Source of the DNA: an uncultured Gemmatimonadales bacterium
GTDB lineage: Bacteria > Gemmatimonadota > Gemmatimonadetes > Longimicrobiales > RSA9
DNA: 64,000 nt
Direction: 5' to 3'
NCBI GenBank assembly: GCA_963708135.1
Contig: OY970192.1
Span: 2,752,001-2,816,000 of the forward strand
Position 1 is the stretch's first letter. Each line of letters begins with the position of its first letter. The position numbers and the translations under genes are program-made. This document shows positions 20,307 to 28,733 of the stretch, piece by piece. The notes beneath the pieces were generated by a model that had not been told where the DNA came from, searched no databases, and saw only the letters and a list, made by a program, of their open reading frames with translations.

Positions 20307-21869
20307 TTGTCCACAGATCGGCCCGACCCCGCGTCCGAGCGGACCGCGTCGGAACGCGACGAGGCGTCGTCCATCGGCGACCGGTACCGCGAGATCTACG
20401 AGGGCGTCGCGCTCCCGGTGCTGATGATCGACGCGGAGTCATGGCGCATCGTCGCGGTGAACGATGCGGCGGTGGCACAGTACGGCTACACGCGCGAGGA
20501 GTTCATCGGCATGTCGGTGCTCGACGTGCGGCCGCCGGACGGCCGGTCGGAGGCGCGCAGGATCCTGTCGGAGATGCCGCACGGCTTCTGGAAGGCGACG
20601 GCCGTGCGGCACCGGCGCAAGGACGGCTCGATCTTCCGCGTGGACGTCTGGTCGAGGGACACGATCGTGGACGGCCGGCCGGTGCGCATCTGCACGATCA
20701 GCGACGTCACCGAGCGCGTGCAGTTGCAGCAGGAGCTCCAGCAGGCGCAGAAGATGGAGGCGGTCGGCCGCCTGGCCGGCGGGATCGCGCACGACTTCAA
20801 CAACGCGCTGACCGCGATCATCGGCGGGGCCGAGCTGCTGACGGAGTACATCGGCGACGTGCACGGCGCCTCGGCCGAGATCGCCGCGATCCAGCGGGCG
20901 GCGGAGCGCGCCGCCTCGCTGATCCGGCAGCTCCTCGCCTTCAGCCGGCAGCAGGTGCTGCGCGTCGAGGTGCTGCCGCTGAACAATGTGGTGGAGCGGA
21001 CGGCGGCGCTGCTCCGGCCGACCCTCGGCGAGCAGATCGAGATCCTCACCTGGCTCGCCCCGGACACGGGCGCCGTGCGCGTGGACCCGGGGCAGCTCGA
21101 GCAGGTGCTGCTGAACCTGGCGGTCAACGCGCGCGACGCCATGCCCGGCGGCGGGACGCTGGCCATGTCCACGCGTCGCGTGGCGTTCGCCGCCGACACC
21201 AGCGTGGCGGGGGTCACCATCCCGGCCGGGGACTACGCCGAGACCATCGTGCGCGACACCGGCATCGGCATGGATGACATTACGCGGCTCCGCATCTTCG
21301 AGCCGTTCTTCACCACCAAGCCGCCGCCCGAGGGCACCGGGCTCGGCCTCTCGATGGCCTACGGCATCATCCGGCAGAGCGACGGCTTCATCGCGGTGGA
21401 GTCCGCGCCAGGGGTGGGCAGCACGTTCAGGATCCTCCTGCCGCACGCCGACCGGCCCCGGCCAATGCCGGCTGCGCCCCCCTCGGCACCGGGCAGCTCC
21501 GCGGCCACCACCGTTCTCGTGGTCGAGGACGAGGACGGCGTGCGCCGCGTCACGCGCCGGGTGCTCGAGAGGCTCGGCTACACCGTGCTCGAGGCCGCCG
21601 ACGGCGAGGCGGCGCTGGAGCTGGTGGAGCGCGAGCGGCCCTCGATCTCGCTCCTCGTGACCGACCAGATCATGCCCCGCATAGGTGGGCGCGAGCTCGC
21701 CACTCGCCTGCTGGCGGCCTACCCCGAGCTGCGCGTGCTCATAGTTTCGGGCTACGCGGACGAGACCGCCGCGCTCGGCATGCTCGCCCACGGCATGGCC
21801 TTCCTGCCGAAGCCGTTCTCGATCGAGTCGCTGGGAGAGGCCGTGCGCCGGCTGCTCGCCGACGCCTGA
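20307..21869 (+). CDS. PAS-domain hybrid sensor histidine kinase/response regulator
   Basis: QKMEAVGRLAGGIAHDFNN, NLAVNARDAMP.GG, FEPFFTTK...GTGLGL, C-terminal receiver (LVVEDE, FLPKPF). Confidence 0.93.
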   Translation: MSTDRPDPASERTASERDEASSIGDRYREIYEGVALPVLMIDAESWRIVAVNDAAVAQYGYTREEFIGMSVLDVRPPDGRSEARRILSEMPHGFWKATAVRHRRKDGSIFRVDVWSRDTIVDGRPVRICTISDVTERVQLQQELQQAQKMEAVGRLAGGIAHDFNNALTAIIGGAELLTEYIGDVHGASAEIAAIQRAAERAASLIRQLLAFSRQQVLRVEVLPLNNVVERTAALLRPTLGEQIEILTWLAPDTGAVRVDPGQLEQVLLNLAVNARDAMPGGGTLAMSTRRVAFAADTSVAGVTIPAGDYAETIVRDTGIGMDDITRLRIFEPFFTTKPPPEGTGLGLSMAYGIIRQSDGFIAVESAPGVGSTFRILLPHADRPRPMPAAPPSAPGSSAATTVLVVEDEDGVRRVTRRVLERLGYTVLEAADGEAALELVERERPSISLLVTDQIMPRIGGRELATRLLAAYPELRVLIVSGYADETAALGMLAHGMAFLPKPFSIESLGEAVRRLLADA

Positions 21870-21992
21870 GCGCGCAACGGCGCGCGCGGCACCGGGATCG
21901 GCGGCGTGTCGTCTCTCGGGCATACGGTGTGGGAGCAAATCCTGGAACGCTGAGGCGGAGCCCACGGCCGCGGGCGGGCGGGCCGCCCGGCG

Positions 21993-22280
21993 CTACGAGG
22001 CGGTCCCCGCCACCGCGAGCAGGAGCGCCAGCGCGAGCACGACCAGCCCGAGACAGCCGAGCGTGAGGTAGAGCGCCACCGGCCAGCCGAGCGTCCAACC
22101 CCAGATCCCGCAGGCGACGAGGCCGAAGCCCGCCGCCCAGCGAAGCCCGCCCGCCACGCCGTCGGCGGAGCTCACGCCGCCGAAGCGCTCGCCGTGCGCC
22201 CGCCACCGGAGACGGGCGTGCGCCAGCGCGAGCGCCGCGCAGAAGAAGGCGCCCGCGGCGGAGAGCACGCGGATCCACAT
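21993..22280 (-). CDS. Small hypothetical membrane protein (~3 TM)
   Basis: Hydrophobic tail of the 21993..24680 ORF with its own ATG (MWIRVLSAAG). Confidence 0.45.
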   Translation of the reverse strand: MWIRVLSAAGAFFCAALALAHARLRWRAHGERFGGVSSADGVAGGLRWAAGFGLVACGIWGWTLGWPVALYLTLGCLGLVVLALALLLAVAGTAS

Positions 22281-22418
22281 CCCGGGTTCGGCCACATCGA
22301 AGACGCCGACCATGCGGGCGTCGACGGGCAAGGCGCGCGCCGCCGCGAGGATGGTTTGTCTCTTGCGCCTGTTTTTCCGCGAATCGAGCGGGAAGGGGCC
22401 GCGGTGCGGGAGGCAGAC

Positions 22419-23054
22419 ATGCGCGAGGTGCGGGACGGCGACGTCGCATGGGATGTCACGGCGGAGTGGGCCTACAACCCTTCGGCATGGCGGGAGCGGA
22501 TCCCGGAGGCGCTGCTGGCGCTCCTCGCGCTCGGCGTCGGGCTCTACCTGGGCGGCTATCAGGTCCATTTCTGGGACACCGTGTGGGACCCGTTCTTCGG
22601 AGGCGGCACGGCGGCGGTGCTGGAGTCGGACCTCTCGCATCTTTTCCCGGTCCCGGACGCGCTGCTCGGCGCGGGCGGGTACCTGCTCGACCTGGTGCTG
22701 GTGCTGGCCGGCGGCAGGGAGAGGCACCGCACGGCGCCGTGGATCGTCCTGCTCTACGGGCTCGCCACGGTGTCGGTGGCCGCCAGCGGCATCGCGCTCA
22801 CGGTCTCGCAGGGCGCGATCGTGGGCAGCTGGTGCTTCCTCTGCCTGGTGACGACCGGCATCTCGCTCACCCTGCTCTACCTCTCCTGGGACGAGGTCTG
22901 GCTGGCCGCGCTGGTGGTCTGGCGGCGCTGGTCGGCGGGCGTTCCGCTGCGGCGGGCGCTCCTCCCCCGGCCCGGCCCCCGCCCGAGCCCCCCGCCCTTC
23001 CCCTCCCGACGCGGGGACGCGGGGCCACACCACGAGGGTGATCGCGCGCCGTGA
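22419..23054 (+). CDS. Vitamin K epoxide reductase (VKOR) family membrane protein
   Basis: YNPSAWRER, VWDPFFG, PVPDA.LGA, WCFLC CxxC; GGAGG RBS. Confidence 0.8.
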   Translation: MREVRDGDVAWDVTAEWAYNPSAWRERIPEALLALLALGVGLYLGGYQVHFWDTVWDPFFGGGTAAVLESDLSHLFPVPDALLGAGGYLLDLVLVLAGGRERHRTAPWIVLLYGLATVSVAASGIALTVSQGAIVGSWCFLCLVTTGISLTLLYLSWDEVWLAALVVWRRWSAGVPLRRALLPRPGPRPSPPPFPSRRGDAGPHHEGDRAP

Positions 23055-23191
23055 CCGCTCGGCAAAGTCGCGGTCCACTGGCGCCCGCGGCCGCCCGGAA
23101 GGTTCCGGGCGCGATCGCCGCATCGGTGTGGCCCCGCGTCCCCGCGTCGTGCGGCGGGGCGGGGGCGGGCGTCCGGGGAAGGGGGCCGCCG

Positions 23192-24566
23192 TCAACGGCC
23201 GGGCGGGGGTGACGCCCGCCGGCGCCGCACCATCTCCCGCGCCCGAGATGCACGCGGCCACCCACACGATGCCCGCGGCGTAGCCGCCGACCACGTCGCT
23301 GAAGTAATGGACGCCGAGATAGAGGCGGCTCGCTCCGATGCCGAGGATGAGGAGCGCGGCGGCGCCGATGATCGCGGCCCGGCCAGCGCCGGAGCGGACA
23401 CGGTGGAACAGGAAGTAGGCGATCATGCTGAAGGCGATGAGCGAGCCCATGGCGTGGCCGCTCGGGAAGCTCCAGCTCGGCACGACGGCGAAGGGGTCGG
23501 TGAAGACGGGCCTCGGCCTGCGCACGATGTCCTTCAGCCCGAGGTTGAGCAGTCCGCCCCCGAAGACGGCGGCGACCCATACCTGCGCGAACAGGCGCCG
23601 CCGGGCGAGGACGAAGGCGGCCGCGAGCACCACCGCCAGCACCAGCATGGACGGGAAGGAGCCGATGTCCGAGAGGAGCCGGCTCACGGCGAGGCCCGCG
23701 GGGCTGGCGGACGCGTGCAGCCGCTGGTCGAGCGCGATGTCGAAGCGGGTCAGCGGGTCGCCTTCCACCACGTCCTCGAGGATCCCGCCGAAGAGCCAGA
23801 GCGCTCCGAGGCTCACGACCATGCCGATGGTCAGGTGCAGCCCGAGATACGCGCCCGGCGTCAGCCGCCGCACGATGAACTGGAGCGCACCCGGGTAGCG
23901 CTGCGCCAGGCGACGCGCGGTGGCCGAGCCCGCCAGCCGCTGCCACCATCCCTCGACCGTACGCCAGATCGTCTCGCGCGCGTTCCAGCTGGCGCGCGCG
24001 ACCATGACGAGCGCGACCCCGAGCGTGGCGAGCAGCGCCACCGTCAGCATCGCCGCCGCCGTGCCTCGCTCGACGCGCGGCAGCGTGCGGCCGAAGCCGT
24101 AGCCGAGCCCCGAGAACACGCCCGCCCAGACCACGGCGCCGAGGGCGTTGTAGGCCATGAAGCGCCTGAACGGCATGTGTGCCACCCCCGCCATCAGCCC
24201 GACGTACGAGCGCAGGACGGCGACGAAGCGGCAGCCAACGATCGCGGCGGGGCCGTAGCGGTCAAAGAAGGCGCGCGTCCGCGGCAGGACTTCGGTGCCG
24301 AGGCGCAGGCGGGCCCCGAACCGGCGCACGAACGGCTCGCCCCCGCGCAGCCCGATCCAGTAGCCGATCGCGCTGCCCAGCGCACCGCCGAGGACGGCGG
24401 CCGCGACCACCCAGCCGATCTCCAGCCGCCCCGCCGCGGAGAACGCCGCGCCGGACACGAGCACCGTCTCCGCGGGGAGCGGCACGCCAATGCCCTCGAC
24501 GAGCGCCACCAGAAAGATGATGGCCGCGCCATAGACACGAACGCCGTGAAGGAGCGTCTCCAGCAT
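23192..24566 (-). CDS. Bifunctional DedA / PAP2 phosphatase family protein (one extra base near 23237)
   Basis: DedA motifs (EGIGVPLPAE, GRF-like CRFVAVLR) and PAP2 motifs (K..V.RPRP, SFPSGHA, SRLYLGVHYFSDV); removing one G gives ISGAEMVRRRR...* ending at 23192. Confidence 0.85.
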
Positions 24567-24868
24567 GTCCCGGAATGGAGGTCGTGTGTCCCGCGCCGGC
24601 CGGTGGACCGGTGCGCCGGCGGCCGCGTCCCGCGACGGCGCACGCAATCGTCGCGCCGGGCACTGGTCTTGCCCTTCCACCTCTCCGCCCGGCCGGAGTG
24701 GGCGAGTGGGAGAGTGGGAGACGGGGCAGCTGCCGGGCGAACCGCGCAGCGCCGGGCCCGAGAGACGTTCGCGGGCTGCGCCGGCTCCGAGCGGGGGGCC
24801 AGCGCGCGGGCTCCACCCACCCGCTCCCGCCGTCCAAGCCTGGCCGTGACAGCCGCGAGAGGAGAGAG

Positions 24869-25252
24869 ATGGACGATCGCTCGAGGAAGACGCTGTGGAT
24901 GCTGGCGGGCGCGGGCGCGGCCGCGGGCGCCGCGATCGCGACGCGGAAGGCGATCGGCGCCGGCTGGCGCGCGGCCACGGGCGAGGATGCGCCGAGAAAC
25001 CCGGTCGCGTCGGACGTGGACTGGCCCGCCGCCCTGCTCTGGGGCGCCGTCGTCGGCGCCGCCGCGGGCCTGGCGCGCGTGGCCGCCCGCCGCGGCGCCG
25101 CGCTGGCCTGGCACCGGGCGACGGGGGACAAGCCGCCTCCTATACCGACCCGTTTGGGCTGTGCCCGCCCCAGGACATTGAGCAAGGTCCGCAATGCAAT
25201 CGCGTCCACTTTTTGGGCCTTGGCGGCACTCTGGTCGTGGGCGGCGGAGTAA
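24869..25252 (+). CDS. DUF4235 family protein with a foreign C-terminal extension after 25140
   Basis: W...TGEDAP.NP....V.W..AL.W.....A..G.AR..A.RGAA..W...TG..PP pattern; composition changes after 25140. Confidence 0.75.
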   Translation: MDDRSRKTLWMLAGAGAAAGAAIATRKAIGAGWRAATGEDAPRNPVASDVDWPAALLWGAVVGAAAGLARVAARRGAALAWHRATGDKPPPIPTRLGCARPRTLSKVRNAIASTFWALAALWSWAAE

Positions 25253-25283
25253 CCGGGGCCGTTGGCCTGGTTCCATATACACC
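25140..25283 (+). pseudogene. Orphan Rhs toxin tip fragment (YTDPFGLC-PPQDIEQGPQCNRV...), truncated by an IS21 end
   Basis: 25140-25166 is identical over 27 bp to 34725-34751 of Rhs cassette 2. Confidence 0.75.
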
Positions 25284-25497
25284 TGTAAAGGGACCCCCAA
25301 ATCTACGCAGTTGGGCGACACCCAGATTTGCGCACGCGGCCGAGCGGGTTAGCTGACGGCGGCACCTCCTTTCCTGGCGTGAGTGGAGCCGGGCTTGAGG
25401 AGCCCGTCGAGTTCACGCAGCCGGTAGCTGCGCCCGTCGATATGGGACGATGTGGATGTGGTGGAGCAGCCGGTCGACGATCGCGGTGGTGAGGATC
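25284..25497 (-). mobile_element. istB: IS21-family right-end remnant: terminal repeat plus istB C-terminal fragment
   Basis: Minus strand encodes [28 protein letters not shown]; the end starts TGTAA at 25284 and holds GGCGACACCCAGATTTGCGCAC, similar to GGAGACATCCAGTTTTACGCAC near 37283. Confidence 0.8.
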
Positions 25498-25776
25498 CCA
25501 TGGCCCACGGAGTGGCGGCGCTTCCGCGAGGAGGAGCGCCGCATGTGGGAGGCGTCGAATCCGGGCGCGTGGGAGGAGCACGACCCGATGCTGGAGAGCC
25601 CCGCCGCGGAGATGCGCCGCTGGGAGCTGTGGCGCCGCGCCCGCCGCCGCGCGCGGCGGGCCGCCGAGCTGGCCGAGCAGTCGGCGGACGTCTACGGCGA
25701 GGATTACTTCCGCCGCGTCCCCGGCGTGCGGCGCCGGCTGGCGGGGCGGAGGCGGGGAGGGTGGAGAGGGCACTGA
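25498..25776 (+). pseudogene. Possible 5'-truncated hypothetical gene fragment
   Basis: Protein-like frame [18 protein letters not shown]...YGEDYFRR abutting the istB remnant; no family recognised. Confidence 0.3.
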
Positions 25777-25880
25777 GCGGAGCGAGAGGGGCGCCCGGCC
25801 CGGTGTCCCCGATCCTTCGCGGCGCGGGCCTGCGTCGTCCGGGGTAGTGCCGCCGGCGTATACACGAGTGTATTCGCATG

Positions 25881-25963
25881 GACTCCTGACAGACTCCTGA
25901 CAGACTCCTGACAGACTCCTGACAGACTCCTGACAGACTCCTGACAGACTCCTGACAGACTCC
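25881..25963. repeat. Perfect 11-bp tandem repeat (GACTCCTGACA) x7.5
   Basis: Seven exact units plus GACTCC; preceded by palindrome ATACAC-GA-GTGTAT (25860-25873). Confidence 0.97.
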
Positions 25964-26172
25964 CGGTTGCTACTCCGATCCAGTCGGCCACACTCTACAA
26001 CTCGCCGCCATCTGGATCCGAAGCAGACCAGATCCCCTCAACGCGGCGCCGGACCGGATCTGGTCCACTCCCCCGGGCTGGGACGGTCCTTCACCGACCG
26101 CGAAGAGGCGGGCGGATCGCGCTCGATCCGTGAGCGCGGACGCACGCTTCTCCGCTCCGCGGGTGGAGATCG

Positions 26173-27018
26173 TTGCGCAGCACCGGCCACTGGCGTCCTC
26201 TCAAGCTCCTCGCCCTTCTGGGCGCAACGGGCAGTGCGTCCGGCGAACTGGACGAAGCCGTCCGTCCGCGGGCGGAGATCGTGCTCGCGGCGGGGTGGAG
26301 CGAAGTGGTGGCGTCCCTTACCTCGCCTGCACCGCCGGCAGCGTTCGTGGCGGCGGGCGAGCTCATCGATGAGAACGCCCGCAACACCCTGCGAGCGCTA
26401 CACCGGCGCGGACTGCTGGTCCCCAGCGCGGTCTACCTGCGCGAGCCGAATTGGGAGCTCGTCGAGCGCGTCTACCCGCTGTACGGCTTCGGCGTGCGTC
26501 TCCTCTTCCGGAGGGCGGACCTCGGGGACCGTCTGCACGACCTGCTTGGCGGATCCGCCGAGGACGTGGCCAACCACATCGTGCGGCGCCTGGGGATCCG
26601 GGACGAGGCGGTCGTCCGCCTGCTCCGCCTCCTGTCCCGCGGAGGCGAGGGCGTCCGCGGCAGCCCGTCCGATCTCGCCGCGCGACTCGCGCTGAGCCGC
26701 ACCCGCCTGTATCAACTGCTCCGGGCCGCCGGTCTGCCCGCGGTCGAGCAATGCCAGTATTTCTTCCGGCTGCTGCCGGCCCTGTCCCTGATCTCGAAAG
26801 GCGGAAACGTGGAGGACGCGGCGTACATGGCGGGGTTCTCCGATGCCACGGCGCTGCGGAAGTCCCTGCGCTCTCGGCTCGGTACGTCGCTTTCCGATCT
26901 CAGAGCCGGACCCGCCGGCTCCCGGATCGCGGACCTCTGGCTGGAGCACCACGGCCTCAAGGGCTCAGATGCAGATTCAACCCCAGCAGGTCCTGAAGGG
27001 CGGCCTGCCTCGTGCTGA
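26173..27018 (+). CDS. AraC-type HTH transcriptional regulator (start uncertain)
   Basis: DLAARLALSRTRLYQLL (HTH1) and NVEDAAYMAGFSDATALRKSLRSRLG (HTH2). Confidence 0.75.
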   Translation: MRSTGHWRPLKLLALLGATGSASGELDEAVRPRAEIVLAAGWSEVVASLTSPAPPAAFVAAGELIDENARNTLRALHRRGLLVPSAVYLREPNWELVERVYPLYGFGVRLLFRRADLGDRLHDLLGGSAEDVANHIVRRLGIRDEAVVRLLRLLSRGGEGVRGSPSDLAARLALSRTRLYQLLRAAGLPAVEQCQYFFRLLPALSLISKGGNVEDAAYMAGFSDATALRKSLRSRLGTSLSDLRAGPAGSRIADLWLEHHGLKGSDADSTPAGPEGRPASC

Positions 27019-28442
27019 GGACGCCGTCGACCGCGGTGCGGAAGCTGTCGTTCAGGAGCTCCGCATCGGGCGGCCTGGCGGGGTAGAGTCCCTTGAAGGA
27101 GGCGTAGGCCTGCTCGAGCTTTGCCCGGATCGGCGCCACTTCGGCGGATCTCTTGAGCGGCTCGTCGGGTGTGGGCAGGGACCGGGCGAGCAGCTCGAGG
27201 GAGCTGATCAGGAGCGCGCCGAGCCCGGCCGCGAAGCTCCGGGTCGCGGAGGACCTGGCGAGCTGGAATCCGCCCGCGAGCGTGCTCACGCCGATCACCA
27301 CGTAGTGGACGACGTCCTTCCGCCGCGTTCGCCGCTCGGCCTCCGCCCGATACGTGCCTTCGAGCGAGTCCATCCTGACCAGATCCTGTGATATGCCGCG
27401 CGTGATGAACTCGTAGCGGGTCGCCATGATCTTGACCGGGTCGGTCGGATTCGGCAGCACGCGCAGCGTCAGGGCCAGCGCGCCGGAGCCGAAGCCGTCG
27501 GATGCGGTGAGGGTGATCGGCACGGATGCGGCGTACTGTCCCGGGGGCACGAAGGTCTCGGGCGCTTCCCAGGAGAGCCGCGCGGTCCTCGGGTCGAAGC
27601 TCGCGCCCGGCGGCAGCCCCACGGCCGAATAGGGCGATCGGATCCGAGTTCGGGTCGCGCGCCGGGAACGCGCGCGTGAAGCGCACCCCCTCGTACAGAT
27701 CGACCGCCTCGGCCCGCGCGGCGAAAGCCGGCGGCAACTGCTGGTCGGTCACGAGCAGCCGGACCGTGTCCTCGGCGCTGCCGCCTCGGGTATCGCGCAC
27801 CTGGAAGCGCACGCGGAACGAGGTGCCGGGCTTCACCATCCCGGGTTCGGGCGTCCAGCGGAACGTGGCGCTGGCGGGATCGAAGCTGGACTGCGGCGGG
27901 AGGTCGGGCAGCCCGTAGGCGGCATAGGAGATCGCGTCGCCATCGGGATCTCGCGCGTTGACCCTGATCTCGACGGTGCTGCCGAACGCGACGCTGCGGT
28001 CTCCGGCCGGCGTGAGCACGGGCGGGTGCTCGGCCGGCTCGACCAGCAGCGCGTAGGCACGCGATGCCGTGCCAACGCCGGCCTGGTTCGCCGAGACGAC
28101 GATCGGATGGCCGCCCACGTCGCTCGTGGTGGGCGTCCACTGGAGAACCCCGTGCTGCCGGTCGAACTCGGCGCCGGGCGGCAGCCCCTGGATCGAGAAT
28201 TCGAGCGGCGCGGCCGGCACGGCGCCGGTCACCAGGAACTGGGCCCGGAACGGCTCGCCCACCGGGGCCGTGTTCGCGTGGATGTCGAGCAGCTCGAGCT
28301 GCGCGTGCACACGGCTCGGCGAGAACCCCAGCAGTGCCGCCGCGCCGATCAGGAGCGCCCCGGCTCGCGCGAGCCGTCCGCTGCCGTGGTTGCTCTCCGC
28401 GAGAGCGGCCATCACGCGAAACGCCCTGCGTGCGCGAGCCAT
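26957..28442 (-). CDS. Signal-peptide protein with three Ig-like (He_PIG/cadherin-like) domains and a C-terminal 2-TM domain; frameshift near 27633
   Basis: GLPPGAEFD....L.WTP, ARDPDGDAISY, ARDPNSDPIA(Y)SAVGLPPGASFDP; the two ORFs join by removing one C; GGAGG RBS 8 nt before ATG 28442. Confidence 0.75.
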
Positions 28443-28504
28443 CGAGACATCCTCCTCTGGAGTGGAAGCTCGGGCCTCCCCATGCTCCGGCCCGCTGGCT
28501 CTCC

Positions 28505-28665
28505 AGTGTAAGGCGGCCCCCCCGGGGCGCGAGGTTCCAACGTCCTGCGGAGAGGTTCCAACGTACACGGGTGGTGAGCCTCGCGGGCCCCGGCGGCCTG
28601 TACGTTGGAACCTCTGGTCTGGACGTTGGAACCTCGACCGCTCGTGGAAACGCGATAGATAGGAT
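28505..28665. promoter_or_regulatory. Divergent promoter region with four 15-bp boxes forming one large palindrome
   Basis: GAGGTTCCAACGTCC 28531, GAGGTTCCAACGTAC 28552, GTACGTTGGAACCTC 28600, GGACGTTGGAACCTC 28621; box1/box4 and box2/box3 are exact reverse complements. Confidence 0.75.
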
Positions 28666-28733
28666 GGCGCCACAGCCGGGGAAGCGGCCTGCTTCGTTCC
28701 CCCGGGCTCATCCCTCCACCAGGGAGCGCCATC

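Noticed and set aside
21993..24680. Single 895-aa protein
   Set aside because: Artefact of one extra G near 23237; the middle is antisense to the VKOR gene and Arg/Pro-rich.
25881..25963. Coding repeat or CRISPR
   Set aside because: No spacers, and an 11-bp unit is not a multiple of three; the overlapping ORF is not credible.
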